A stretch of DNA of 64,000 bases from Iphione sp. A-MEVVRFRX5 (taxonomy: Eukaryota). Every line of letters begins with the position of its first letter. Positions within the stretch are counted from its first letter, which is position 1. Made by a program: the position numbers and the translations under genes. The DNA lies in contig OZ320316.1 in the NCBI GenBank assembly GCA_976226885.1, forward strand, positions 77,500,001-77,564,000, given 5' to 3'. The notes below the pieces were generated by a model that was not told the DNA's origin, searched no databases, and worked only from the letters and a program-made list of their open reading frames with translations. Of this stretch, positions 1-12,146 are shown in pieces.

Positions 1-1262
1 ACACATGTGGTTTAAAAGAAGACACGACTGATAAAGCCAATTCCCCATAGACCCAACCGAGGCATTCAGTAGACAAATGGGTACGGGAAATAGAGGTCAT
101 TATTTTATGGGGAGTTTCCATGTATGTAGGGGAAACTATGCGGGACGCTCTGTATATTACTCAAACTGAAACAACACCGAAAATTCTGTTCATCTGAACT
201 AAATTTGTACAGCAGATACTAAGATACCACCATGACAGATGTTCATGTCAACCAGTTCCCTTAGATTCATCTCGGCTGTAAAATAAGGTAGACGGCAGAA
301 TTCTGCCACCCATGAAGCCTGGCGAATCTCCCCGTTCATGCCATAGAGGACTGCAAATCAATTTCTTTCAATTCATCTGAAACCAAAGGATTTGTGTCCA
401 CAGTAGATGAATTAGCCTGCCGTGATTCTTGAAGCTCTTTGTGTAATGCCGCCGCTGAAGATGGAAAAAAGATCCAGGAAGCAGAGACACAATGCAGCTA
501 TCACATTACCGCGCGAGCCGGACGATTTCAGAGGAGAACTTCCTTCTGTTTTGGCTAATCTTCCGCTTTTATAACACCCAATTACGTTGAGAAAATATGT
601 CAACAAAGCGGCAACTGGCACTACAGCCTCGACAATAGTGCAAGCACGTCAGGCTGATGGCGCAATGATGACAAAGGCTGTGCTTTTCCTCTGCCCAGGA
701 GGAGTACTTACCATTTGGACCGCAAGCAGGACCCAGGCCCATTGGGCACAATGGAATAATGATCGAGTGAACCTGTCGTATGACAACTCTTGGTCCATTC
801 AAATCACATAATCAGACAAACACTTCAGTTTTTGGTGATGAATTGAAGTTCCCTTGCCACTGCATTGTAATAATGACTAATCAAGCTATTGGGAATGTCA
901 ATAAGGATGAAAACAGCCGGCCCCCCAAAAGCTAAAAACAACGTGCTCCTTCAGGAAATTTGCTGACTATGCTACTTATCGCAGGGAAGACAATGTTACA
1001 ATTATGGCTAAACGAGAATCGTGGTTACTTAACTCACTTGTACATGTACATTTAAAAGCAGAGTTGCAGGAGGTGAGTCATTTGTGGGACACTTTGCGTA
1101 CTATACCCATCGGCCCTGTATGAAATTCACCTTTGCTAATACAAAAGGCACGTTTAAAATAAACTGACACTTGTAAATAGAAAAAAAACTTTCGATGTCG
1201 CGTGTAGATAATTTTTGTTAATATACTTTACACTCTGAACTAAGTACGGCACATGTGAGTAG

Positions 1263-1440
1263 TACATAGAAATGCACCTTCGGAACCTCTTGGATTTAGC
1301 TTGGAGGTAAATAGACATGCATATGTACATGTACAGCGGGAGTCCGGCACCTGTGAATAATACATAGAAAGTTAATGCACCTTTAGAACCTCTTGAATTT
1401 ATCTAACAGGTACATATACGTTGTACATGCATATGTACAG
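1263..1440. repeat. Old tandem duplication, ~98-bp period
   Basis: TACATAGAAA..TGCACCTT..GAACCTCTTG.ATTTA occurs at 1263 and 1361, each ending in a TACATG/CATATG-rich segment. Confidence 0.7.
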
Positions 1441-4400
1441 TTAAGTGTCTATACTCGAAACACCCTTGGTTCTTTTTTAAACCGTCCCAATTTCAGACAT
1501 GTCCAATGTGAGATGTTGTGGCCTAATACTACTATCTGCAAATCTCAAATTCATCTACCGTATTCAGACAGAACATTCTGGTGATCCTGTCTCATCAGGA
1601 AGTGGGTGTAAATGTGCGGGCTTATATCTCTCCCAACAGCATCAACGTCATCACAAATCAGGTTAATTTTCTACTCCTTTACATGTAATTTGCTTCAACT
1701 AAGGAATTTCTCCTCAAATTCGCACCATCAAATGAGCAACAAAGATGCAACACGTGTGACAGGGAGAGTGACAGCATAATTTTTGTAGTCACTCAGTACT
1801 AGCAGGAGAGACTTGTGACTGACAGGAGGGACTCATAAGCAATATGAGGGACTTGTAGTGGTATGAGGGGCTTGTGGGGGCTCACTTCAAGTGGATAGAC
1901 CATGAAGGAGTTTCCTAACAGTGCCATTACGCTGGTGTTTCTGTTAACTAGTATATGATTTGGTTTTTCTCCAAACTTTCCTGATTTGTGGCGTGTTCCA
2001 ATTCTCTCTGTATAAGTACATGTATATGCCAGAATGAGCAACTGGCATTATCACTTCATGACGGACGGATATCAAGCCACAAGATGAATGCATGTATATC
2101 CAAGTTTTAATGGTTATCGTGTCTGACTGTAACGTGGGAAGAATGTGGTTCTCAAGCCACGTCCAGTACACACAATGAGATCATGACATGGGCAGAATCC
2201 TGCGTGACCCAGCACCAAGTTTGTGTCAGTTAAAGGATTTAACGACATTACAGAATTAAGCTGAAACAGCCTTCGCGGCCTATCGTGATTCTTCCATTTC
2301 ATCACCTGTTCTTTCCGGAGAGTATCACCCTTTTATTAGCAAAGTCGCCCAAGGCTTCTGTTAAAATTCAATCAACCTAGTGCAATTCCACTTTATGACG
2401 GGAGCACAGTTTCCCGAGAAACGTATTGGGGTAATCTTCCTTCTTTTGAGATTAGTTCATATAATTTCTTTAATTGTCTGTTCTCAATATGTTCAATGTA
2501 TATCGAACCTTAATGTAATGTGCATGCAAAAAGACAACGTGTTAGGAAAATGAGCACCCCGCGATATAAATATATATATATATATATATGCTTTCATCGC
2601 ACGTATTATTTATTCTACGTATGCATCACATTTAAAAGAGACTTTCCCCAGAGCAAAGTCCATGTGGCGTCAATATCTCTCGCGTGTGGCTGACCAAATT
2701 CCTTTGTTTAATTATCACAACTAGGTTATATTCCACGTTTCGCACACACTGCAGTAGAGAACAGAATTATCTAATCAAGTCCATTCATATCTCCGTTTCA
2801 ATCGTTTATGTAGACAATATTATTTATATGACAATGTTACGTGGCAATTTACTTTCGAGCTGAGCTGCTCTGGAGGTTATAGTGACTTACATGCGTTACA
2901 TGTACATCTACACGCACATTAAAAAGTAGAGCATTAACCTTTTCACCTGTAATTTTGATGACTTCTTGTGATAAAATGGTGATTACAGCTACGTAGTATT
3001 GAAGTTCGTGCAGATTCATTCTAACGACTTTCTTAATGATTTGGAGCAGTGCCTATTCCAGAGCAATGACAAAGAGCAATTGAAGGGCAGAAAAATACTG
3101 AGTTTCTTTTAAAATTTGGTATACTCCAGTTTGCGTAATACACCATGGGTTTTAGAATCGTCATTGGCCGTCATACTAGAGAACAATGATTGCATCATAA
3201 TGAGGAGGGCGATAATGGTTATCGATGTATTACAGCTGCGAGGTGTGGACGAAAGAGAGTGCTGTCTCGCTTTGTGGAGTGCTGGCGATAATCTAGGGCC
3301 GTTTTACACCGCTCTAGCTAGGCGCATGACGGATTGGCTCTCACTGCAGGCCTCGCCAGCGGCCGAAGAAGGGGTCATTCAGGTCCGACGATTATTCCTC
3401 GTTATCGTCCGTTCCCGCATGCCTTGAGCCTAGACCATGTGTCTGGGTGCCCACTCGGGTAAGGACGAAGGGGCGGTGGACACAGGCGGCCGGCCGCACG
3501 CCTATCTGATCGAAGCCCAGGACGGCCTGTCGCCAGAATATGATCCCTATATGGTGACAGGGGAACAGAAAGCATTGTCTATAAATGGAGGGCCAGCGTC
3601 GACTGTAGTGAGGCCGACAGAGGAGTATTTTTTTTCAAAAGCGTCATTTATGAGTTGAAATGGACCGTCGTTCTTGAATACAAAGCAGACCTGCATTTCT
3701 GTATGTAGAAAGTATGATAAGTTCACATATCCTGCGGGGTCCGGTAGATGGCGATGATGAAAACACATAGCATTAGTTAAAGCAAAGACTGCAGCATAAT
3801 GCCTAAGGTGAGGCAGTACGATGATTCATCTACCATGGTGCATTATCGTTGCACGTGCTTCATAAACGAAGATGGAACTGTCTATTTTTGTCATCTTCTT
3901 ATCCCGTCATTCCGTATGGACGGAGCAATCATGTTCCTTATGCCATACCACTATCGTTACCATGTCAGAAAAACCGTGAACAACTGTGGTTGTAGAAGAA
4001 AAAAACTCACTGATAGAACAAGCTAAAAAGAGAATATGAAGTGGCATTTCTTGACCGTTTCTTTTGCTTCACCGTATTTTACCACAGCCGGGATGTGGTC
4101 TACACTACCGGTGACGGATGAATTTTACCGTCGGCTGAAGTGGGGCCAATGGATGAAAATAGGGAAAAGTAAAGGAGGTGTAGTGATCCATTGAGTGCCT
4201 TGAGAAACTCTCAATCACATTTTAGGGTATCATAAAACACGCACGCAGTGTTCAAGCATCATTATCACCTCCGCCACATCATTCATCACCTGGTCGTAAT
4301 TAATGTGGGCATCGCTTACTCCCCAGCCTGTCTGTCTGTATACACCGGTTTCTCACGTGAGTGATGAGCAGCTCCTAGTCACATGACACTCCGTGTATCG

Positions 4401-5697
4401 AGCACAATGCGCAGCTGCCAATCACATCGCCCTGGCAGCAGTACCTGCTAATAGATCACACCAATCAACTCGCCGGTTTGCGGCCAATATTGGGCTGACG
4501 CTTTATGAATGACACTATTATACGACGATATACTCAAATCAGCTGCAAGAGAAATGTATACGACCTAACATGCAGACGCAACTCATTGTGATAGGCAAAT
4601 TCGCAGCTCCGTAGTAATTCTTTCCCCGAGCTCTGTGTGTATGACGACTATCCGTTGTTAGAGGCCAGCAGGTTCGGGGCACAGCAATGCCATGACCTAC
4701 ATAATTCATGTCTCTTATCTGTATTACCTGTAGCTTTATTGGATGACATTCCAATATTACACTTTGGCATCATTATGCCATTGGGACGGGCGATGCGATG
4801 ACACAGGCCGAAGAAAAATAGTTGCTCCACCATTGCTACGCGAAGTCCAATGATGGGATGCTTCCTTAGTTCTTTACATCCTTTTGTCTCTTCGTTCACA
4901 CGCCGGTTATGCTATTCGATCCCTCGCAGAGGCCATCCCTCTAGAGGAAAGCTTTAATAATACCGCCATATGGTCACATTGGTATCTCATTTCTGAAATC
5001 TTCTGACTCCTTGTCCAATTCAAATTAGATCGCCAATATATTAATTGGTAAGAAATATCGCGTTTCCGGTATGAATTATATCCTTTACACCGAAGCATTT
5101 GTCCCTAGCAGAGACCCTTTCACTGTGCAATGAGTCCTGCATACAGTATACATCTACATGTATATCGCTGAAAAAAACACATGAGCTAAGAAATCGATGC
5201 TGCCATAGAAGGTAGATAACAAAAATATATTACTATAGGCAAGGATGTTTTCATACTCACCAGACATAAAATTGCTAACGTATGTACTTCTAAGAAGTGT
5301 AGTCAAGGACTATACTTATAACATTTTTCATCTACCCGTTAGTACCCAGATATTGATAATATTCACTTGCACTGATTGGCAGAGAAACCTAGCATCACTT
5401 TTCACATATGGTACCCGGTTTGTTTACGGAAGATGGACCCACTATCTTCCTGACAGGCACAATACCATTGTTAGAGAACAATGCCATTCACATGGGGAAT
5501 GTCAGACGGCCACACCCAGATATGCAACTCGAGTAGAAAAAAGTACTTATAGTTTTGTTGCCTCTTAAATGTGTTCCCATTTTAATGCTACTCATGTAGG
5601 TCATGACGATAGGGTTGAACAAATAGTACAAAGCATTGTTGGGTCAACACTGGACTGACTTGCGTTATTACTTAAAAGATAACCGAAATGCTGTATA

Positions 5698-6831
5698 CAG
5701 TTGAGCGTCTCCAAAGGGATGCACCTGTAAATGGGGCGCGCCTCTAAATGGGAGAGTTCAGCTAAGAACCAAAATATTTCCTATGTAATCATGTTTAAGG
5801 GAACGTCTCTAATATGGACAGTAAATTGAGAAAGGCACCTCCAAAGGGACACCTAAGAGGTGTGAGAAATGTGGGTTTATAACCTTAATCGGGTTTATAC
5901 TACAGGAGGACAATACCCACAGGTATGAGAGAGAAGCGTGACCACTGCAGTTGAGCTTCGCCAGGTAGCGGGAAAAGAGAGGGCCTGGAAAGGGACAGCT
6001 CAGAGGTGTGAGGGATAAGCACCAGCATTTAAATTGAGTGTCGTCGGGCGGATGAAGGGTTGAAGGCTTGGAAAGGGACAGCTCAGAGAAATTGAAATTG
6101 GCTGAAAATCGGCGAAAATCACCTTTTGTTTTTTCCTGTCGAATTCGCTGTTTTTTTTCACTTTTTTCCAGTCAAATTTGCCCATTTTTGCCGCCATTCC
6201 CATCAAAGTCGCGATTTTCTCACTTGTTCCAGTCAAATTCACAGCTATTGCTGCCATTCCCATCAAATCTGCCAGTTTTCATACTTTTTCCAGTCAAATT
6301 TGCTGGTTTGCCAGTGTGAACTGGCCTTAGGCCACAATATATGTAGTAGAGACGTTCCCCTATTAGGGAAAATGTGATTTAGAACAGAGGGTGTTCTTAT
6401 AGGGCTCTCGTCCTCTGCTCGATAAGTGGCAAATTCAAACCAGCTGGGCACAGGGCTCCAGTCAGTACTATAGGAGAAGCCTATACCGAAAGCATTTTCT
6501 GTTTACAAAACAAAAGGTTTGGGACAGTTTCACCTAAAATTTGAAATGTGTATAGGGTTAAGGATAGAGAATAGATTGATCTGAAAATAATTTCTTTAAA
6601 AATAGATACAGAATTACAGTAAAATGCTTCTGGATTCTCATAGATATGGGATAAATGTACAATCACTGAAAATTTCAAAGAAAACAGAATAATAGTTTAT
6701 CTTCTAGGGACATTAAAACTTCTGGCTCCATATGTTAAGCATTGTGAGAAAAGACTGCCTGTGCCCAGCCCCTCCTACAACAGGAAGTAGAACCGTGTGA
6801 GCTCAGGGGCCCTATTAGAGGCGCTCCACTG
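5698..6831. mobile_element. Tc1/mariner/Tigger-type MITE (1134 bp) with internal tandem repeats
   Basis: TA flanks (5696-97, 6832-33). TIR CAGTTGAGCGTCTC versus reverse-complemented right end CAGTGGAGCGCCTC (12/14). An internal inverted 13-mer GGGAACGTCTCTA lies at 5799-5811 and 6347-6359, and a 20-bp direct repeat TGGAAAGGGACAGCTCAGAG at 5986 and 6069. Confidence 0.65.
6160..6310. repeat. ~61-bp tandem repeat (about 2.5 copies) built from two ~30-bp subunits
   Basis: TTCCAGTCAAATT at 6166, 6227 and 6288; GCCATTCCCATCAAA at 6193 and 6253. Confidence 0.9.
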
Positions 6832-9800
6832 TATATATACTGATACACACATACTAAACATAACAAAATGAAATTATGTTGGCAATATTACCTACAATAT
6901 CTTTAACCATGTCGTGTAAATGAATATGATACCAAAGTAGATGCAGCACCCCATTAGTAGCCTGAGACTAAACATCATCAACTCAAGGAACGTCGCCATC
7001 CTTGCCGACCAGCCCAGCACTTTACCAGCACCTTCCTGCAGTAGTACGGCTAGTAATAGTAACGGTGCTGCAATTCAAGAAACAGTTCAAACTGGGTTCC
7101 TTAAAACACACCTCATAACAAATAAAAGTTACTTTGAAATGGTACAGGTCCTGGATGGCCTATTAATGGTTTCACCCAATGCGTCATCCCCTTTCCATAC
7201 TGATGGCCGAAGTTAATTCTCATTGGCCATATTAAGGGTCTTGGACTTTTGATAGGTGCCCAAATTTGGAAGATCATTTAACCAGAATTACTTCCTGTTC
7301 TTCGAACTAAAAAGTGGGACGGGACGCCGAGGCACTTAGCAGCGTCCTAATGGTGTCAAAGACAAAGAATCATGGCGGATCATAATAACAGTGTGGCACA
7401 AATCATTTGTTGAAATTAATGGAAGTGATAAGGAGGAGATGTGTATCGTATTTTGGCGCCAGGACCGTTCAAGAGGAAAGATAAGAGTGGGCGGACGCCC
7501 GTGCCGAGAGACGCTCGATTATTGACCATATTGGCTGCCAAGGAGCGCCACACCCGCACACGTTACCGTCTTTGGGATGGCATGTCGTGCCAATTAGAGC
7601 CACGCTCTCCATAAATTAGATCGCCGTTTGTAGCCACACTCCACGTGGCACGCTCAAAGAATCGCAGACTCGGGGCAGGAGACGATCAAGAAGCACGTAG
7701 GAGCTCCCTGCCGGGTTGTTTCGCCTAAATAGAGTAGCACACGAATCTCTTAGCGGAAGTTGAAAATTTGTAATTCTAATTAATATCTGAAGTATTCTTC
7801 ACAGGGGCTTTAATTTCTATCTTTTTTCCTTTGGTGTGAAAGAAAAATGATGAAGCCAGCTGCTGACTTGGTATTGATTGGTGCTTAAAAAGTGGCGCCA
7901 ACAGTGACACCAGGCATGATCTATCAGTGTGAAGCTTACCCAGTTGAAAGAAGGGGATGGGATTGGTGGCAAGGCGGACGGAAGGTGCCATAGCCAAGCT
8001 GTTCACTACCCCATGAAAGACGCAGATAAGAAAAGCCGGCCGCTGACAATAACTACCCTCCCACCCTTTCTGCTTAACCCACGCCGACTCTCTTTTCCAC
8101 GAACCCCCTCCTTCGCCTATCCAGCTAACTCCTTCTTGAGCCACGAGCTGCTCGGAGATTAACTGCACCTTGAGCTGCTCACCCCACTCGGCTCTCCTCG
8201 GCACTCTTGGTCGCGTCCGAGCCGCTCGCTGACTGGCTGCTGTCAGTGATGGAACGGCTCATCTGCAGCTGCTACAAAGACAAAACATACATCACGAGCA
8301 CAACGGCACGCTCTTCCGACCTTACTCGATCTGCAGCCCGGAGGGCGCCACTCCAAACCAATAGCTTTCCGTGTATGAGCACAAGTTGAGCGGGATTCCC
8401 AGGGAAGGTTATATATACCCTCGCAGCTAAATCTTGCGAAATTGTCACCTATCCAAAACAAGCTAGCACTTCAGCCGATCCCTTGTAGAATATTAGCGAA
8501 TGGGACTTGGACACGGTCACGTTTAGTGCGATCGACCGAGGATAACTCAGATAGTCCTCCTTATTGCTGAGACAATTGCATACTTAAGAATATGACGGTA
8601 AAAAGTTTCCCTCATGAAAAATATAGGGAAAAAGGGGCGGCAAATAATAACAGGCTAATTGAATCTAAGGTAATCTGATCTGGAGAAAAAATAATTTATT
8701 CCTTGAAAATTTATTGGAAGACCATTTAAATTCTCAGCAAGATAACATAAACAATAGCCAGGTTAAATAAAATTTTAAAAATCGGATGACACTGTTAACT
8801 TATAGGGGAAGGTTACAGGGGGCAAACCGATGCCAGTCCTACTTTTCGAAGTACATACAAAATACATAAAAATAACCTATTTTACAAAAGGTTCCTATTG
8901 TGATGGCAGCTGCTCATAAACAAAATGGACATAAAACGGTGCATTCACACTATAGTTTGGACTGTTTTATGTGGCTTGTCGATACCAATTGCACCTGCCA
9001 CCAACTAAATCAAAGAAGGGTTTCATTACCCTCGAAATAGCTTTAATTGATAAAAGATTATGGCCCTATAGGTCTAAATCAGCAAAGCTTGCCAGAATAA
9101 TAGATATATTTAGGTGTTTTACTGAAGCATAACAATAATGACGGAGAAAGGAAAGCAAGCGGTGATCATTGATCTATTCATCAAAGGAAAAGCCTATTCT
9201 TTTATGGTGGCATGAGACAAATACCTGAACATTCTGGTGCCGATTTTCTGATCCTTTTATATAAGTCCATCTTCCAGGGCGTTTAGACTGGTTACTCTGG
9301 ACAAAGACAATTGGCACCGGGTCTGGCGTTGTTTTTCATGTGCGCGCTTTTGTTGGGGGAATCGTCTGTTGTCTTTAGTCACAGCTTTCGGATCACTGCC
9401 ACCTTTGGTTCGTCTATCTGAAGGTCAAGTTCAACCGATGTATGTACTGCCTAGGGACAGAAAGGTAAGCTGTACACATCTCTTTCAAGTGTTCTTCGAT
9501 GTTAATAGACATTATTACTGCATTACGTCTTGTCACTTTAGATTTGTATGTCTTGTTAATACGTCAGAAATATATATTTGTATTTGGTGTACACGTACAG
9601 GTGAACTGCATGCGCATATGCAAAACTTTCAATCAAAAGTACAATGCCAAAAAATGCTGCCGTGTCTGGAACTTTTTAGTATTTATTCTTTTACAACTGG
9701 AGAACGTTTCAGGCGTGTTGGGGAAAGCAGTGCGCCAGGCGGTTGAGACTAGTCATCTGACTGGCTTAGTAAGTAAAGAACCTTCAACAATGGCATTGCA

Positions 9801-9997
9801 TGTCAGTGGCGAGAGCATGGGCGGATCTATTTTCGTGCGTCAAATGTCCTTCTGGCAGCCATAGCTGCTCACGACACGGCCTTTTTCCTGTAGCATGTGC
9901 CCATGGCCAGCAACCTTTCGTCGTTGCCACAATAGCCAAGCATCCAGCGAAGCGCATGGTCTCGACTATTGTAGCCATAACGAGAGATGTGAGGCAA

Positions 9998-10047
9998 GGG
10001 GGCGGGGGTGCGGGGGGGTTGGGGGGGCGGTGCGGGACGGGGAAGGG
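9998..10047 (+). other. Potential G-quadruplex-forming G-run cluster
   Basis: GGGGGCGGGGGTGCGGGGGGGTTGGGGGGGCGGTGCGGGACGGGGAAGGG has at least four runs of 5-7 G with 1-3-nt loops. Confidence 0.6.
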
Positions 10048-11419
10048 ACGCACTGTACGGCTGTGGGGCGGCAGCCATCATGCTCCCTGTAAATCCGCGT
10101 CCAACCAGGCACCCTAATGCACCCGGAAGCGTTGAGGAATAATGCGATTTTGTGCCAGGTGATCAAAGATGGGGGGTGGGGGTGTGTGAAACGTGCATAC
10201 ACTCTTGTACTACGGCAGCTGCTCTGTACTTTCACACTTACCTTTCCAATCTTCACATTTAAGTACCAGTCCCAACCCAATATCAAACAAGCTTATTTTG
10301 CGCCCATGAACTCTTGGTACTGACATACGCGTTTAAATATTATTGCAACGTTTTACTGTGGTCCTTATCATTTCAACTGTCCCTTTTGTTGTAACATTGA
10401 GGCCATGGAAGTGCATTGTACGCCTAAATATCAATATTCGCTATCGCAAGACATCTGTGGTCTGAAAGAAAGCACATTTGGATATTCCTGAGTTGCCCGA
10501 ACATAGAATATCGGTTAACTAGCACGCCGGCAAAAATACGTTATATTTATCTGAAGTTCAGGTGCAACGAGAACTGTAATGACGCAGACGGAAGCGTTTC
10601 TGCCAGCAGGGTTAACCATGTCTAATCGCAGCAAGCTACAAAAAGGGCTCTGTACAGGACTGTTCAGGCCTAGACAAAATGGACATAAAAGAACCAACTG
10701 AAGGCGGCAATGTTGACAAGCCGCAGTGAAGACTATTGAATGTAATGTTTTGCTAGATTTGGGTGGGGGTGAGGGGGGGGGCAAATGCTGAAAGGACGAG
10801 CATCCCAACACCACTGCGCCCAGAGTCTATACAATTAACCATAGGAGACAACCTCTCCACCCGGCTATACCCAAGGTGTACTTGCTCACAGACAGGGGCC
10901 TCTGACGGTGTTAGCAGGCGGCAGCCCCTGTCGCCAAAGTGGTGAAGGGTTCTGCGCGATGGATGTCAACGGGAATAGATCATCGAGTGCACAGCTAAGG
11001 TGGTCACTCGGTCTGAGCCATTAACTAAGAGCCACCCTCTCTTAGCACTTTTCATAGTTGAAGTGCAGGCTGTCAGCAGTGGCGTATGCGGTGTATTGAT
11101 AGGTCCATACTAGACAGGAAGCTATTCCATTTCTTCTCAGAAAAGATTGAGATCACTTTTACATATAGCCTCCCCCATCTTTAGCTGGCATTTGTGCATG
11201 AGTGCACATCAGTGTTAAATGATATAAGGTTAGGTTATTTGCTGCGTGCAAGTCATTCAAGATTTTGATAATAGTTGCGAAATTTTTAAAGCGTTGACAA
11301 CAGTTAACGTGCCAGTTGCTCCTTCGTCTTTCCCAAATTGTCGTGGTGAAGAGACGAATGGTATTATGACATTTGTCTTCACGGTCGCGTGCGGGTCAGC
11401 TTTCAGCCCCATTGCCTGA

Positions 11420-11760
11420 CAACATTTAGCGAATGGATTACTGAACGTCCCTAATATTAAATTGAAGGCATCAGATGGGTGGTCAAGGGGCAGCTTCTGT
11501 TAAATTAAGCGACAATCTTGCTTAAGAGGGGCCTGGATTATGCGATGCTGAGATCATTAAAGGCTTGGTCATACAAGTAATATCCGCCAGCAGACAGTAC
11601 CATCAATCTCGGCCAAACGCCCAGTAATTATAACTACTTAGAAATATTTGAAGGAAGAATCACAATTACCCAGATAATTAAGTCATGCAAATCTGAAGAA
11701 ATTATCCATTGACTGGCTTTGAAGATTCTCTTTCGGACGAATACATCGAAGCGTGGCTTA
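11420..11760 (+). mobile_element. Possible second, more degraded Tigger/pogo transposase remnant
   Basis: HLANGLLNVPNIKLKASDGW (cf. FKASxGW) at about 11420-11482 and ITQIIKSCKSEEIIH*...ILFR (cf. I..Y.PEDIFN.DETGLF) at about 11665-11730. Confidence 0.3.
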
Positions 11761-11925
11761 CAGCCATGTTGTCACAATTTCGAACAGGATATTGAACACG
11801 AAACCCAGTTAACTGGAAGATACTTATTGACAAAATCTTTGGTCCCCTTCAATAAAAATGTTTATGTCTTTCCAGATTATCCATGGCTGGCTTCAAAATT
11901 TAGATCATCTACGGTACTGAGTTTA

Positions 11926-12146
11926 CTCAGAGTGCCATTGTTGATAAGGAACACCAGAGAAATGCTTTCCATGAAAATTCTGTACAAAAGAAAGTCAATT
12001 TACGCACGTTTAGCTTTAGTTACTATGTCATAGAGTGCTCAGAGTGCCATTGTTGATAAGGAACACCAGAGAAATGCTTTTCATGAAAATTCTGTACGAA
12101 GAAAGTCAATTTACGCACGTTTAGCTTTAGTTACTATGTCATAGAG
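11926..12146. repeat. Recent tandem duplication of a ~112-bp segment
   Basis: CTCAGAGTGCCATTGTTGATAAGG...TTACTATGTCATAGAG starts at 11926 and 12038. The copies differ at only about 3 positions. Confidence 0.95.

Noticed and set aside
90-260. MYVGETMRDAL, resembling a Penelope GIY-YIG endonuclease
   Set aside because: A single short motif in a stop-interrupted frame, with no upstream GIY or RT support.
1944-2305. Tc1-like transposase echoes (LENHILP, ENW) on the minus strand
   Set aside because: Catalytic D residues are absent, spacing is compressed and no TIRs were found.
6000-6377. Overlapping ORFs with repeated MGMAA / FQSN motifs
   Set aside because: They are translations of the 61-bp tandem repeat inside a MITE.
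7890-7912. TGGCGCCAACAGTGAC, resembling a tRNA primer-binding site
   Set aside because: No adjacent LTR end (..CA) or paired LTR was found, and the match is partial.
10860-11030. Tyrosine recombinase-like ARW..GID..GHSV* (DIRS)
   Set aside because: Spacing is inconsistent with the family and no other DIRS features are present.
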